NCBI GenBank assembly: GCA_965603825.1
Contig: CBFDEM010000053.1
Coordinates: 1,054,001-1,118,000, forward strand
Reading direction: 5' to 3'
From: Blepharisma stoltei ATCC 30299
Taxonomy: Eukaryota > Protista > Ciliophora
Length of the DNA: 64,000 nucleotides
Shown here: positions 34,950-46,947 of the stretch, in pieces
Position numbering within the stretch: the stretch's first letter is position 1
Layout: every line of letters begins with the position of its first letter
The notes under the pieces: generated by a model
Told to the model about the DNA's origin: nothing
The model's database searches: none
What the model saw: only the letters and a program-made list of their open reading frames with translations
Program-made: the position numbers and the translations under genes

Positions 34950-35972
34950 TTATTCAATAAAGCTAAACTCAACTTTCAAGGGTAAATGATCTGATGGAAA
35001 CTCTCTATTAGGGATCGCTATTTCTCTTGCTATTTCCTCTTCACTTGGCAACATTAAAATTCTTTTAGGTTTAATCTCATAAGTATGAAATACAAAATCT
35101 ATACACCCTTTAAAATTATCAGTAAAATTTGTGAATTTTGGATGCTCTTTTCCTTCATATCTCTCATATGCAGACCTAAATTGAATTTGCGGTTTTATTC
35201 CTAATGATTCCAACTCTTGGTCTATTTCTTGATTCCCAGTAGCTTTCCACAGCTTTCCGTAAAATAGATTTACAACATTGGAGGAAGGCGTTGAATTGCA
35301 ATCCCCACAAACTACTGCAGGACAATCATATTGGTGTTTTAATTTAATAAGTTCATCAATTAGGATCCCAGCTTGAGCATATTGCACATATTCAAACTCC
35401 GGATCCCAATAAAAATGTGTGCATGCAATTGCTAAGTGTCTTTTGCTTAATTTTTCTTTAAAAACTGCAATAAACCCAATCCCATCTCTTTTATAGCTAC
35501 GATTTGTTTGACATTTTCAATGATTATTATAGTCAATCCTCTTGGATTCTATTTGAAGATACTTATTTGCTTTTCATGCAAGAACTAAACCATCTCTAAA
35601 CTTTGCTGAGCCTCTTTCAATAAAAACGCTCCTATATCCAATTGAGGAAAAATAAGATTTGAATTCTGGATACTTATCTACCTCTTGAAGAGCAAAAAAG
35701 TCTGAGTTTAGTTCATTAAAAATACTTTTGAAAAGAGATAATCTATAAGAAAAATCTCGATATTTAGGTTTTGCATAACTATGAAATTGAGTATACATAT
35801 CAGCCAAGGTATTATAAGTTGTAATAGAAAAATTTACAGGCTCTTCAATATTATCAAAAGATTTATACGAAAAGTTTTGGATCTTGTAGACTCGCTGTGC
35901 TAGAATCCTTTTAGAAAATATTCAATAGAGTAGTGCAACTGTTAAAAGTCCTATTATGACATAAAGCCACAT
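34950..35972 (-). CDS. CCR4/nocturnin/Angel-family EEP phosphoesterase with N-terminal hydrophobic anchor
   Basis: Motifs TYNTLAD, ALQEVD, THFYWDP, CGDCNS, FTNFT..FKGCIDFVF and FPSDHLPL. Single frame with TGA=Trp. N-terminus MWLYVIIGLLTVALLYWIF. Confidence 0.9.
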
Positions 35973-36035
35973 TTTCTTAAACTATAAAAAGAAGTAAACT
36001 ATTATTCGAATCCATATCAGTTCAAATCTGATAAA

Positions 36036-36704
36036 ATGGAAATGAAATTTTGTTCTAATTGGTAAGCTTTATTTAGCCAAAAGCAAATCCCAGAGTCATC
36101 ATTTTTGCTCCACCAAATTCACTGTGAAAAAAATATATCCCGATGTGTATGTGGAATCTCGATTCCGAAATCTGAAAAATATTCTCATGATATTCAGTAT
36201 CATACATTAGTGGAGTGCCAATATTGCTCAGTATCAATGGAATCTTTCATCTCCTCGTTTCACCAATGTGAGAAACAGCCCAAAGTTTGCAAATTTTGCG
36301 AAGGGCATTTTCCAATCGATATATATTCTGATCACATCTTTCAATGTGGAAGTCGAACTGAATTATGCAAAGTATGCTATAAATATATTCCCCTCCGTGA
36401 TTATAACTATCATACACAAGAAATTGATTGTAGGCAATATCAGATGATACAAAATAAAATATGTCATTTAGAAAGAGAAGACCAAGACAAAGAGCTGGCT
36501 TTTGCGCTAGCTCAAATCAAAGAAGCAGAAGAAGCTGAAACAAACTACAAGCTTCGCAGTGCAGCGCTAAAACAGACGAATTCAGCAAGAACTTCACAGG
36601 CTAAAGGTGGCGACTATGCAGAATTCCTTAAAAAAATAAGAGAAGAGCCAAGAACTATGAACGAAGAGTCAAAAGAAAATATAAACTCTGATGATATTTT
36701 ATAG
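36036..36704 (+). CDS. XAF1/TRAFD1-like TRAF-type zinc-finger protein (exons 36036-36061, 36077-36704)
   Basis: Splicing creates MEMKFCSNCQKQIPESSFLLHQIHC, followed by further C/H fingers and the CGSRTELC motif. Confidence 0.85.
36062..36076 (+). other. 15-nt spliceosomal intron GTAAGCTTTATTTAG
   Basis: Removal restores the CxxC (CSNC). A at position 10, with an in-frame TAA if retained. Confidence 0.92.
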
Positions 36705-36807
36705 CAATAATTTTAAATGCAAATGTAATAATAAACTTTCCTTTCTCTCAATTAAAGCTACATTAATTAATAGTTCTATATCTAATTCAAAATATAAAAA
36801 GTAATCC

Positions 36808-37803
36808 ATGAGAACTATTTACCAAGATAAGCAGCCTTGCCTCACTATAAACAATTTTGAATTTCCTAATTTGCCTACTGATTTATGTTCCAAGCCACTT
36901 TGAGAGCTATGGCCTGGCAAAAATCGATTTTTTTGCAAAGGCAAAATCATGATAGGTCCTTCGAAGGATAATTTTCACCTGATATTTTCGGCATTAATCT
37001 TGATAGTGATACCTATAAGTTTTTTCCTATTCATAGCAGATTACCTTTGGTGCAATGTAACTATCGCATTACCCCTCCTGTCAGCTATATTTTATATTGC
37101 CAGCATAGTTTTCTATCTATTGACCTCACTATCAGACCCTGGGATTATTCCAAGAAAAAAAGTCTTTCAAGCTTTAGGAGATGTTCCAAAGGAATTTACA
37201 GCAGAAGTATTTTTTACTGAATTTGGCCATTTACATAAATTCTGCACAACTTGCGAAATATATCGCCCGCCAAGAGCCCATCATTGTGCAAGATGCGATA
37301 ACTGTGTGGAGGATTTTGACCATCATTGCCCTTATGTAAATAATTGCATTGGTTTGCGAAATTATGTCTATTTTGTGTTATTTGTGCTGAACTTACTTTT
37401 CTTAGGATTGATCGATATGTCAGGATTCATGATATTTTTGTTTTATAAAGCTGGAGATAATGATTATAATAAAAGATCATGTAAGAATTAAACAGTTATC
37501 GAGCAGAAAGAAGTCATTGCAGCCATCATAGCCATCTTGACAGTCGCTTCGCTAGTATTCACAATTTTGGTCACAATTTTATGCTTGTTTCATTTTTCTC
37601 TTTGCATTTCAGGAGAAACCACAGTTGAGAGACTTAAGGGCAGAGTCTCTCAAAAAAGATGTGCCTTTTGTAAGTATCATAAAAGCTGATTTGATAGAAG
37701 AGCCAAGCTGAAATATGAACAAATTAAGATTCTCACCACAAATTCAGCTCAGTTTGAGATTGAGTTGAATGATAGTGGCCATACACCTGGAGAAATAAAT
37801 TAA
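36808..37803 (+). CDS. DHHC palmitoyl-acyltransferase (ERF2/ZDHHC9-14-18 type; exons 36808-37480, 37496-37803)
   Basis: Motifs [23 protein letters not shown], [15 protein letters not shown]..CDNCV..FDHHCP and TTVE after the intron. Confidence 0.93.
37481..37495 (+). other. 15-nt spliceosomal intron GTAAGAATTAAACAG
   Basis: Removal restores TM4 and the TTxE motif. A at position 10, with an in-frame TAA if retained. Confidence 0.92.
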
Positions 37804-37837
37804 TTTAAATCTGTAGCGATAAAGAAAATTATTCAAA

Positions 37838-39346
37838 ATGGATTTGGAAGTGGATTTTCATGAAGAGCTGCGAAATACCTATGAGAAGACGCTTCAGCTA
37901 GCTGTTAACATTTCAAATAACAAAGTAGAAATTTTCAATGCAAATTTGAGGGGAACAGACATCAAGTTTATCAAATCAATCGCTAAAGAATATAACGATT
38001 TCAAAGATATCCACGACAAGTATATGAAGCTTCGTCCAAAAACGATCGAAAGAAGCCGCTTTTCTCGTCCGAAAACACCTGAAATTGCATCAGAAACTGA
38101 TTCTGGGTCTCTTCTGCCAAGGCATGCAGGAAAATCAAGGCTGAATGTTTCTCTTGATGAAGCCCAAGCTATGGTAAACCAAACGAAGGCTGGGAAGCCA
38201 ATTTCTTTAAATGGCAGCTCAGATGATACAAAACCTTCGCTCATGCTCAAAAAGTTCCAGCAAAGTAACTCAGTCAGCTTTGATACTGCAGATGAAGAAA
38301 CCAAAAAACTGCCATATGTCTCTATTTTAAGTGGAAAAGTGGAGCCTCCTCTTGAACTGCCTTCTTATAAGGACTATATCAAATCCCACCAAGGCTACTC
38401 TAAAAAAGAGCCTATGAAAGAAACATCCATTCAACGAATTGATAGATGCCAGCAAGTATTAGCGGATCTCAGCAAAGAAATGGCTGGGCTGGAAATGTTT
38501 TGCAAATCAAATCCTGGAGTTCCGTGAAATAATGACAAAAAGATATTATTGAAGCTAAGCACAAATCCTTCAAAAAGGCTGGCAATAATCAGAGCTTATA
38601 ATGAGAGATTTCAGTCTTCAGCAGTTTCTAAGGACCTAAAATCATCAGGTGGAAGAGGCCGCAGAAACTCGAAGCCTTTAAGAGCACCTTCATTTACTCC
38701 TGGAAGAGTATATACACAAGAAAGTGCTTATGAATCGCCTTCAAATAAGCGAGTGCTATCTCAAACACCTGTTTTTATTAGTGAAATGCCAATAATTGAA
38801 GAACTGAGACCAAAAAGCTCTATGAGGGAGCAACCTCTAGGAGAAGACCCTGAAGTTCTTGTGCAAAGATGCTCATCAAGATTTAAAAAGACCCAGGACT
38901 CTGAAAATAAGAAGCTTATACAGATTATTGAAAAACTTAAAAATGATCGCCCTGGAATCAGAAAACAAAAGGCAGCAATAATTATTAAGGAAAATGAGAA
39001 ATATAAAGATAAAATGCATTCTTTGAATATTTTTGATGGAATTAAAAGGAAAATTGAGTCAGAAAGATCGTCTATAATGAAAAAAAATCGATCACAGGTA
39101 TCTGTGTATGGCGCAATGCTTACTTATTTAAAGAAAAGAGAGACAAATCCTACACCACTGGAGCTTTCGTTCATGGAAGCCATTAAAGAATATTTAGAGA
39201 ACGGAGCAGTCATAACACTAAATACTTTAAAAGACTTGCTTCAAAGCTTAGAATCAGATGAGAAAAATGAATTACTGCCTATTTTGATGATTGCAAAACC
39301 ACATTTAGAGTTTTCGGACTCGGAGTTTAGATCTATTTTCGCTTAA
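37838..39346 (+). CDS. Hypothetical protein (502 aa)
   Basis: ORFs 37838 and 38549 are in the same frame, joined through TGA 38525-38527. Confidence 0.78.
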
Positions 39347-39492
39347 TAAATAATTTTGTGTATAACTTATTAATGATAGTATAATACTTAGCTTGAAAAA
39401 AGTAAATTATTTAAAATTGTTAAATAAAACCTTATTCAATTGCTTTTGCTTTTAGTTAAGGTAAAAATTTTTGACGAGAAAAATAAAATTAG

Positions 39493-41280
39493 TTATATCG
39501 TTGCTATAAATTGCAATGAATAATCTTCTTGGGTGGGCTTTCATAATTTATTTGCAACTTCTAAGAAAACCTTGGCATCGTTAAGAGAGCTCATGATAAA
39601 GCAAAAATTGGTGTTGTCAGCTAAAAAAAACTTGACAAGACTCTTTATTTTTTTTGAAATTTTTATCTTTATGACTTTTTCAAAAGAAATTTCTTTGGTT
39701 ATTTTTGGGGTATCAAATAAATCATCATACTCGTTAGTTTCAAACACAAAGGTGTTTTCATTTATAGATAAATTACTTTTATTTTCAAACAAGCTAAAAT
39801 CTTCAGAATCAAAAAGTGTGCACTGGAAGCTTCTAACTTCACCATTATTATTTGAATCCAACAAGAAATCTTTCATCGAGAATACTTGCTTAACTTTATC
39901 CATCACTTTTCTTCTTATTATTCTTAATGGGCTGCTATCATTTCGACAAATTTTGCATGAACCTGCATCATGACTTTCAATTTCAAGGCCTTTTTCTATA
40001 GCTAGATTATGGCATTTCAAGAATCCGCCATCCACTAAGCTTATATATGAAAATCCTTTCATTAAAAACGCTTGTAGTAAATTTTCTGTCATGTTTTGAA
40101 CGATATCTTGCTCTTCATCTAAATTTGCTTCTTGTAGGTCAAAACTTGAAGCTTTAAATTCTTTACTTCCTAATAAGCAAATATGAACAAGCCCTCTCAT
40201 CTCAATGAACTGATCAGGAAAATCCATCATTACTTCGGTATTTTCATAAGCTTCAGGATCTAAAAGCATCGAATTAGGGAAAACTCCTTGATTATGCTCT
40301 TTTTCGGTTCTGATATCAATTACAATCAGCGTTAATGGAGCTCTTTTTCGGCATCAATCACAAACTTTTCCTTCACATTCACAAAACTTTGCTTCAGGAT
40401 ATGCTCGGATTAGGATTTCTTCAGGCATTACAGATAAACAAAATTGCTTGTTCAGGAGTTCGATATTAGATTCCACAATGTCTAAGTCAAATATATGGTA
40501 ATTTTGCAATTTCTTGTTTATTGAAAATGGAGTATTTGATTTTATTGATTTAGCAAGGGCAATAATATCAGTTATGTCATTAATATTGTCTAAAGAAATC
40601 TGAGAAATTGTTTGAGGAACCATTGAATTTTGCTTAGACAGCAAAAGACTTTTAAAATGTTCTAAAAATCCCAATCCAATATAAACTAAATGTAAGGGGT
40701 CATCTGCTTCTAGCAATTCTTCCCATAATAAAAAAAGAGCCTTCAAGCTTATTATTTTACTTGAAAACGCCGTCAAAAATCAAGAAGTTGCAAAGAGTTC
40801 TGGTGAAAATCCGTTTGTTTGAAAAAATACACTAAGCCGTGGCTCATGGTACCTCAACAATAATCTGAAAATCGCAAAAAGATTTTGAAGAGGCCTAAAA
40901 GTCTATATTAACTTTACTGGGTCATGGAAAACATTCGGTAAAATTTTTCGCATAAATCCTTTGAAAAAGTTATAGACGATAGTCAAAGACATCCCTTGCC
41001 TCGTCATCATGATAAAAGGAGCCAGCACTTCATTCATTCCTTGCTTGTAATGTATGCTTTCTTCGTTGCAATAATACGTCAATAATAGCTCAAGTTTCTC
41101 TTTTTCTTCTCCTGTCAGCTCTGAGGAACGAGTTCTATCAACATCGTTTTTCAGAACCCTTTGGTTTGAGATTTCTACTTTTGTAAAATCATATTTGTGA
41201 GTATTTTGCAGACTAAGAAGTTTCTATATGTTGCTTACTTCCCAAGCTTCGATCTTGAAATCCATTTGGCATCCCGACAT
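39493..41280 (-). CDS. TBC (Rab-GAP) plus rhodanese domain protein, TBC1D23-like; start uncertain
   Basis: After removing two 15-nt introns: DVDRT, YKQGMNE, FRLLLRYHEPRL, FATSW[TGA]FLT, then rhodanese VIDIRTEKEHNQG...LVDGGF. Stop TAA at 39493-39495. Confidence 0.85.
40903..40917 (-). other. 15-nt spliceosomal intron GTAAAGTTAATATAG
   Basis: In-frame TAG inside the TBC domain. Removal gives FHDP|TFRPLQ. Confidence 0.9.
41224..41238 (-). other. 15-nt spliceosomal intron GTAAGCAACATATAG
   Basis: Removal gives the TBC N-terminal motif EAWE|KLL. A at position 10. Confidence 0.88.
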
Positions 41281-41818
41281 CAATTTAATACAGAAATGGA
41301 TGGAAAAAAGACTTTAGGCAATAAAAACTGAAAATATCAATGTTTCTTTGTTGGAAATTGCTGATAGGATTTTTAATTTATATATCGCCATCAATACAAA
41401 TAATTAGTTAATAGAAAATATGATATTAAAATAAACTCTTATTAAATTCAAACCTTAGCTTACTTCACTTAAGATTTAAGCGCTTTGCATCTACTAAAGG
41501 CTAGGTTATCAGAGCTTTCACCATTTTGCAGTACCAACTGATTTGCTTCTCTAGGCACACTTGGAAAATAATGCTACAAACTTCTAAGATCATGATGAGC
41601 TCTTTCTGCTTTCTTGGCAGTATGTGATAAATCAAGCGGATTCCGTCTAATGAAGTAATAGGCAGGCGAAGCCCTCCAATTAGCTTATAAGTATCTGTTT
41701 GAACCGAATTCCTATGTAAAATAAATCCTAATAAAAAAAACCTGCAAAACAATTTTGACGATCTGCAGATCCATAGCTTAAAGAGATGATTCTTATCAAA
41801 TTCAACCAATTAAATAGC

Positions 41819-44362
41819 TTATTCTGCTTGCTCTTCCATCTCTTCTTCATCTTCGTCTCCTGCAATTCCATCCTTTCCAGCTCTCCCAGCAGGATATACT
41901 GCTTTTTCCAGCTTCTTTTTCTGTTCTTCTTTTGTCATCAGCGGCCTCTCCGGATACTTCAGCCTCAGCACATCTACAACCCCAGCTGCATTTCCTGACA
42001 CTAGAACTGGGAATTCTTTGCAAAATCTCACCATAGTCCTTGGTGAGTCCCTGTTCTCTGGTTTTCTTGTAACAATAGGCTTTGTATTACTGTCAGATAG
42101 ATCCCACAGTTCAATTCTTCCATCATCAGCAACAGAGCTAAAAATAGTTGAATCATGAGGCGACCACTCAATATCGTTAACTGCATCCCTTAAATCTTGT
42201 GCTTGGCAAGTCATGATTGAGTTTTCTTCTCTTCTCCAGTCCCATATTTGAACTGTCCAGTCAGCTGAACAGGTAAGCATAATATTTGACCAAAACGGAT
42301 TGCAGCGGACTTTGTAAACTGGTCCTGCATGGCCCCAATAAGTATCAAGCTCATCATTGTAGCTTAGACTGCATTTGTGGATGGTCCCTTCTTCAGTAGA
42401 TGCTAAATATAGCAAGTTTTGATCTCTTGGGAAGTCTAATGAAAATCCAACCGCATTTCTGAACACTGCAGCTTCTTTGTCATCTTTTTGGTTTGGGTTT
42501 GTAGGCTTTTTAAGGTTGAGGAGATCTCGGCATTCTAAGCCTTTTTTGATGCTCCATTCAGTGATTCTTCCATCTGAAGAAATGGAGATCAGATTTTCAC
42601 CTTTTTCGCTGCCTTGATCATGCCACCTAACTTCCCAGACAGTGTCAATGTGCTTTTCAAGCATTTGGCTTGATTCTGCGACTGGTTTGTTGTCTTTTTT
42701 CCTTACATCATAGATCGCTACAACACCATCATAGCTTCCAGTAGCTATCAAGCTAGGGTTATTTTTAGAAAAATGGCAAGAAATCAGTCCTGTGGGTGCT
42801 TCAATAATTCTTTCAGGGAATTTCGGACTTTTTAGTGTCCAAAATAGCAATTTCCCAGGTTTTCTTGAATAAGGATCATGCTCTCCATATGAAACTGCGA
42901 GAAGATCAGGATTCAAAGTATTTCAATCAGCGCAGCTAACAAGCCTATTTTCCACTTCGCTGCATTGGAACTTAAAGAGGTCAATCATCTTGGTAGCTCC
43001 TTCATCCTCATCCTCCTTTTCTTCTTCTTTTTTCTCTTCTTTCTTTTCCACCATATCTTTCAGCCTTCTTATTTTCGATTTCCCTTTATCATCTTGTTTT
43101 TCTTCTTCAACAACTTTAGTAAACTCCACCTTGGGGTAATTTCTATATAAAATTTGTTGCTCTAGGTATCTATTTTGGGTTAAAATTCTTTCTACAATGT
43201 TAAATTTGGCGAGAAGACTGTCTGGAAGTATGATGTCTTCTGGAGGTCGGAATGGAGTAGGCTCATTTTCATGGGCTGCTGATGTTTGAGAACGCTTGGA
43301 CTGCTCTACAGAGGAGCTGGATAGGACACTTCTGCTTGACTGATCCACTCTTCTAGACTCTCTTGCAGCTTTACTGGTTGTGCCTGTATCTTTTAGCTGG
43401 TTGCTTGGCTGGGTTTGTGAAATACTTAAGCTGTAAGTTTCTGTAAGTGAGCTTTCTGGGTCTAATAAAGTCCCACGATGCTTGAGCTGATCATTTAGGC
43501 TTGAATTCACTTCAATTGAAAACACCTTTGCCACCTGCTCATGTGCAGGCTGGATTTCTTCCAAAAAGGCGTCATGAAGCATCCATTCAGTCACTTCACA
43601 GTCGAATTCGTGCCTCTTTATAGTTTCAGTGACGACTTCTTTTACTTTTGGCATCAAATTTGTCGTCTGCGCTGGCCTCATCTGGAAATTATCACTCGCA
43701 ATTTTTTCCTTCAGCAGCAATTTATACTTTTCATTATCAGCATCTGAAAGTTCTTTAGTTTCTGATTTAGCGCTCACAGCAATGCTTGGCAAATAAAAAA
43801 GAGTGAAGGTTTCAGTCTCATTCAAATTGATGTCCACAAGTTTGTCTAAATCTTCTTCTTTCAAGCCTTTATCTTCAGTTTTAGTTTCTTCAGCAGCTTT
43901 TACATCTCTGCCAGTTTCATCAGAGACTTCAGAGAAAACTTCACTTTGGTCAGCTGATCGTAATAAGGAGCTTCCTCCTATTTCTGAGTATTTTATTTCG
44001 CTTCGAGACTGAGATGCTGAAGCTTCTGATTCTTTGCGCTCTGATGAAGATGCTTTTAATGATCCAGTTTGTTCTCCGTCTTTCTTCTCACCTTTTTCTT
44101 CTTCAGCTAGGATGATAAGGGGCATAGGTGTGACGTCGACTTCAATGCCTTTGATTGTTATGATTTCGCGCTCGTCAGTTAAGTTTGTTGTGGTTGTGCT
44201 GAATTTGCCCTTGGTTCGGTTTATTTTGCCGTGGTGGGATGAAACTTTGCCAGTGACTCCTAAGTTGCGAATAGTGGGCCCAGCTTTCGGAAGCTTGCGG
44301 ACACTTTCTCTGGGAAGGTTTTTGGTGCTGCTATCAATTTTGGCTCGCGACTCTGATTGCAT
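41819..44362 (-). CDS. DNAI4: Axonemal dynein intermediate chain (WDR78/DNAI4/IC138-like)
   Basis: The two ORFs join through TGA 42923 (VSCADW[TGA]NTLNPDLLAVSYG). WD40 repeats plus FWTLKSPKFPER, ISISSDGRITEW and the N-terminal INLNETET motif. Confidence 0.85.
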
Positions 44363-44925
44363 TTTATAAAATAATTAAATGATAGGTAAAAGTTCAAAAT
44401 AAGTAATAAAGAAATCAAAAAATTATTGCTTATACAGTTTCAATGAAAATAATACTATAACGCTTGTGGAGGTAGAAAGAAGCTTATTGAGTAGTTATTA
44501 TGAAGTAATCAAGGGCTGCAGCTTTTAAAAGGCCTTATAGAAGGAAAACATTTATTAAAGTATTTTCGAGCTAGCCGCGCAGTGCTTTATATATAATTAT
44601 ATATTTGAAAGATATTTAAATCTCAGATAAGGAGCATAATGGATATTCTTACTTTAATTAATTTCAATTAATTCAGTGCAGTCGTCTAATATCCCTAGGA
44701 ATTATTGCATATTTCTTTGAAATGATTTTTTATTTAAGATAAACTCTTTCTTAATTTTTATCATTCGTTTATAACCTAAAAAATAAATATATTCTTTCAC
44801 AATGCCCATTTTGATTCCAAGGAGAATTTTTAATAATTTTATCATAAAAATGATTTATCCATTTTATTAGTAAATATTCCATATCTAAAAGGCCAAGAAT
44901 TCTTTTAATTATATTTTTAATAAAG

Positions 44926-45801
44926 ATGCTTCTGGATTATTTAGTTCCTGTTTTAGTGTCTATGCTTTTTTATTGCGGCGTGAACATTGTCCTTCACTAT
45001 GTGGTAATTCCGCCAGCAAAGCTCTCAGAAAGAGAAAAGAAAGACTATTTCGGAGAGCATATATCTCTTATTCACTCTGTTTTTGCTGCAACCTTAGCCT
45101 TCACTGTTTATTATAAAGAAGGCGGTATAAATTATGATACACCAATCACAATGGCTCATATATTTGTAATTGGACACTCAATGGGATACTTCACATATGA
45201 TGCTATATATGCTGAACTCTTTGGTCTTCATGATTGGGCCATGAGGTTTCACCATATATTTGTAATTTTAGGTGGATTTCCTGTATATTTTTCAAGCAAC
45301 GGCGGCAGCCTTGGGATAAGTAATTTAAAATTAGCTTGCTGTTTTTTGACTGAAATTTCAAATCCCGCCATGCAATTAAGACTCATTCTTAAAAGCCAAG
45401 GCAAAACGGACACTTTACTATTTAAGGTATCTCAATTTTTATTTGCATCAATATTTTTATTCAATAGGTAATATTAACATAGAGGAGTATTTGGTACATT
45501 TATAAATTACAACAGCTGACAATACGATTTAAATTTTATGATTTCTATAAGTATTTCCATGCTCTATGGGCTCAGTTGCTTTTGGAATTATGTGATTATC
45601 TTAATGCTGCTTAAAGAACTCAAAGGAAAAGGTGTAACATTAAAGGAAAAATTTATAATCAAATTTATCCATTTTTTGAAAAAATATCAAAAGGCGATAA
45701 TCGCAGCTATCTTTATTTGGGCAACTTTTATGCCCCATGTCTTTAAGTATATGGGATGCACCAAACATCATATAAAGATTAGAAATTTCACAATAATTTA
45801 A
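44926..45801 (+). CDS. TLC (TRAM/LAG1/CLN8) domain membrane protein
   Basis: Motifs SLIHS, SMGYFTYD, FHH and TEISNP. Introns at 45320-45334 (probable) and 45468-45482, and one TGA=Trp. Confidence 0.85.
45320..45334 (+). other. Probable 15-nt intron GTAATTTAAAATTAG (stopless, frame-preserving)
   Basis: Matches the consensus of the other introns exactly and interrupts a TM helix with the polar insert SNLKL. Not forced by the reading frame. Confidence 0.7.
45468..45482 (+). other. 15-nt spliceosomal intron GTAATATTAACATAG
   Basis: In-frame TAA if retained. Removal gives FLFNR|GVF and joins ORF 45538. Confidence 0.9.
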
Positions 45802-45810
45802 TATTTTACA

Positions 45811-46617
45811 TTAAAATTTTACAATTCCTTGATCCCCAGCAAGTAGGTATTTAACTTGCTTCGAAAGCCCATTTCTCGAGAGGTCAAGCTCAGTCAAATT
45901 TATATTTGACTTTACTGATCTCAGAAGGACTTTTATACTTTTAAAATCAAGCGAGTTCTCAGCTAAGCTGAGTCTTTTAAGAGTCTTAATATTGCATATT
46001 GTTTGGGATAAAACGGTTAGACCTTTTATGGATATATTATTTCCACTTAGTCTTAAGTCTTCTAGGCACCTTAAATATGATAATCCTTTGCATAGCGCAA
46101 CAACTGCGTCATCTCCAAAATGGTTGTTGCTCAAATTAAGAACTTTTAAAGATTTCATCACTGTAAAAAGTTTATTCATATACTTAATCCCCTCAGTACA
46201 AATTGAATTGCCTTGGAGTTCCAAAACCTGCATCATCGGCATTGATTCTAAAGATGAGTAAAGCCGTTTGACATCTCTTGATGCAATTTGGGTGTTATTT
46301 AGTTTAATTTCACGCAAATTCAGAAAATTTTGCAAGACAAGCTGCAAATGATAAATATCTCTGATACCTAGACTCTGAAAGCTGAGGTCGACCGAAGTGA
46401 CTTCCAACTCTTCTTTAGCAAAAACAGCCTCAAAAAGGACTTTTAGCCTCCCATTCATCGAAGTCTCATTTGCATAGTAAGCAAGAAGAAGTTTCCGGTT
46501 TGGAATGAAGGCTGATGTCTCAATTGATCGTTCTTGCGTAACACAAAGCGTCTCCAGTTTGGCTGGAGACTCAAATTTAGATAAAAAGGGTGGAGATCTT
46601 GTTGGAAAACAACCCAT
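45811..46617 (-). CDS. Ribonuclease-inhibitor-type leucine-rich repeat protein, N-acylation motif MGCF
   Basis: Repeated 28-residue LxxLxLxxNxI units. Confidence 0.9.
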   Translation of the reverse strand: MGCFPTRSPPFLSKFESPAKLETLCVTQERSIETSAFIPNRKLLLAYYANETSMNGRLKVLFEAVFAKEELEVTSVDLSFQSLGIRDIYHLQLVLQNFLNLREIKLNNTQIASRDVKRLYSSLESMPMMQVLELQGNSICTEGIKYMNKLFTVMKSLKVLNLSNNHFGDDAVVALCKGLSYLRCLEDLRLSGNNISIKGLTVLSQTICNIKTLKRLSLAENSLDFKSIKVLLRSVKSNINLTELDLSRNGLSKQVKYLLAGDQGIVKF

Positions 46618-46947
46618 TGCGATGTTTAGTTAATATTACTGTATCAGAATTACGATGGATTCAATATGAAAGTCATAATATTTAGGCAGTAAAATATAAA
46701 TATCACTGGCAAGGGTTTATAATTAGGCCAGAAATTTAAATTTTTGAGATAATAGACATATTTAATAATTAAAAAATTAAAAATATTTTTAAAACATTTG
46801 AAACTGATTTATTATTTTCATTCCTTGCATGAAGACAATTATTTAAATTCTATGTTATTCCTTTGATGGATGCTATAAATATTTAATCAAAATTAGATTA
46901 AAAAATTAACAGATAACTTGGATCAGTAACTATAACAATTATTTATG

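Noticed and set aside
41501-41809. 102-aa minus-strand ORF between the TBC and dynein genes
   Set aside because: Non-ATG start and no motif. It could be a decayed fragment, but this is unsupported.
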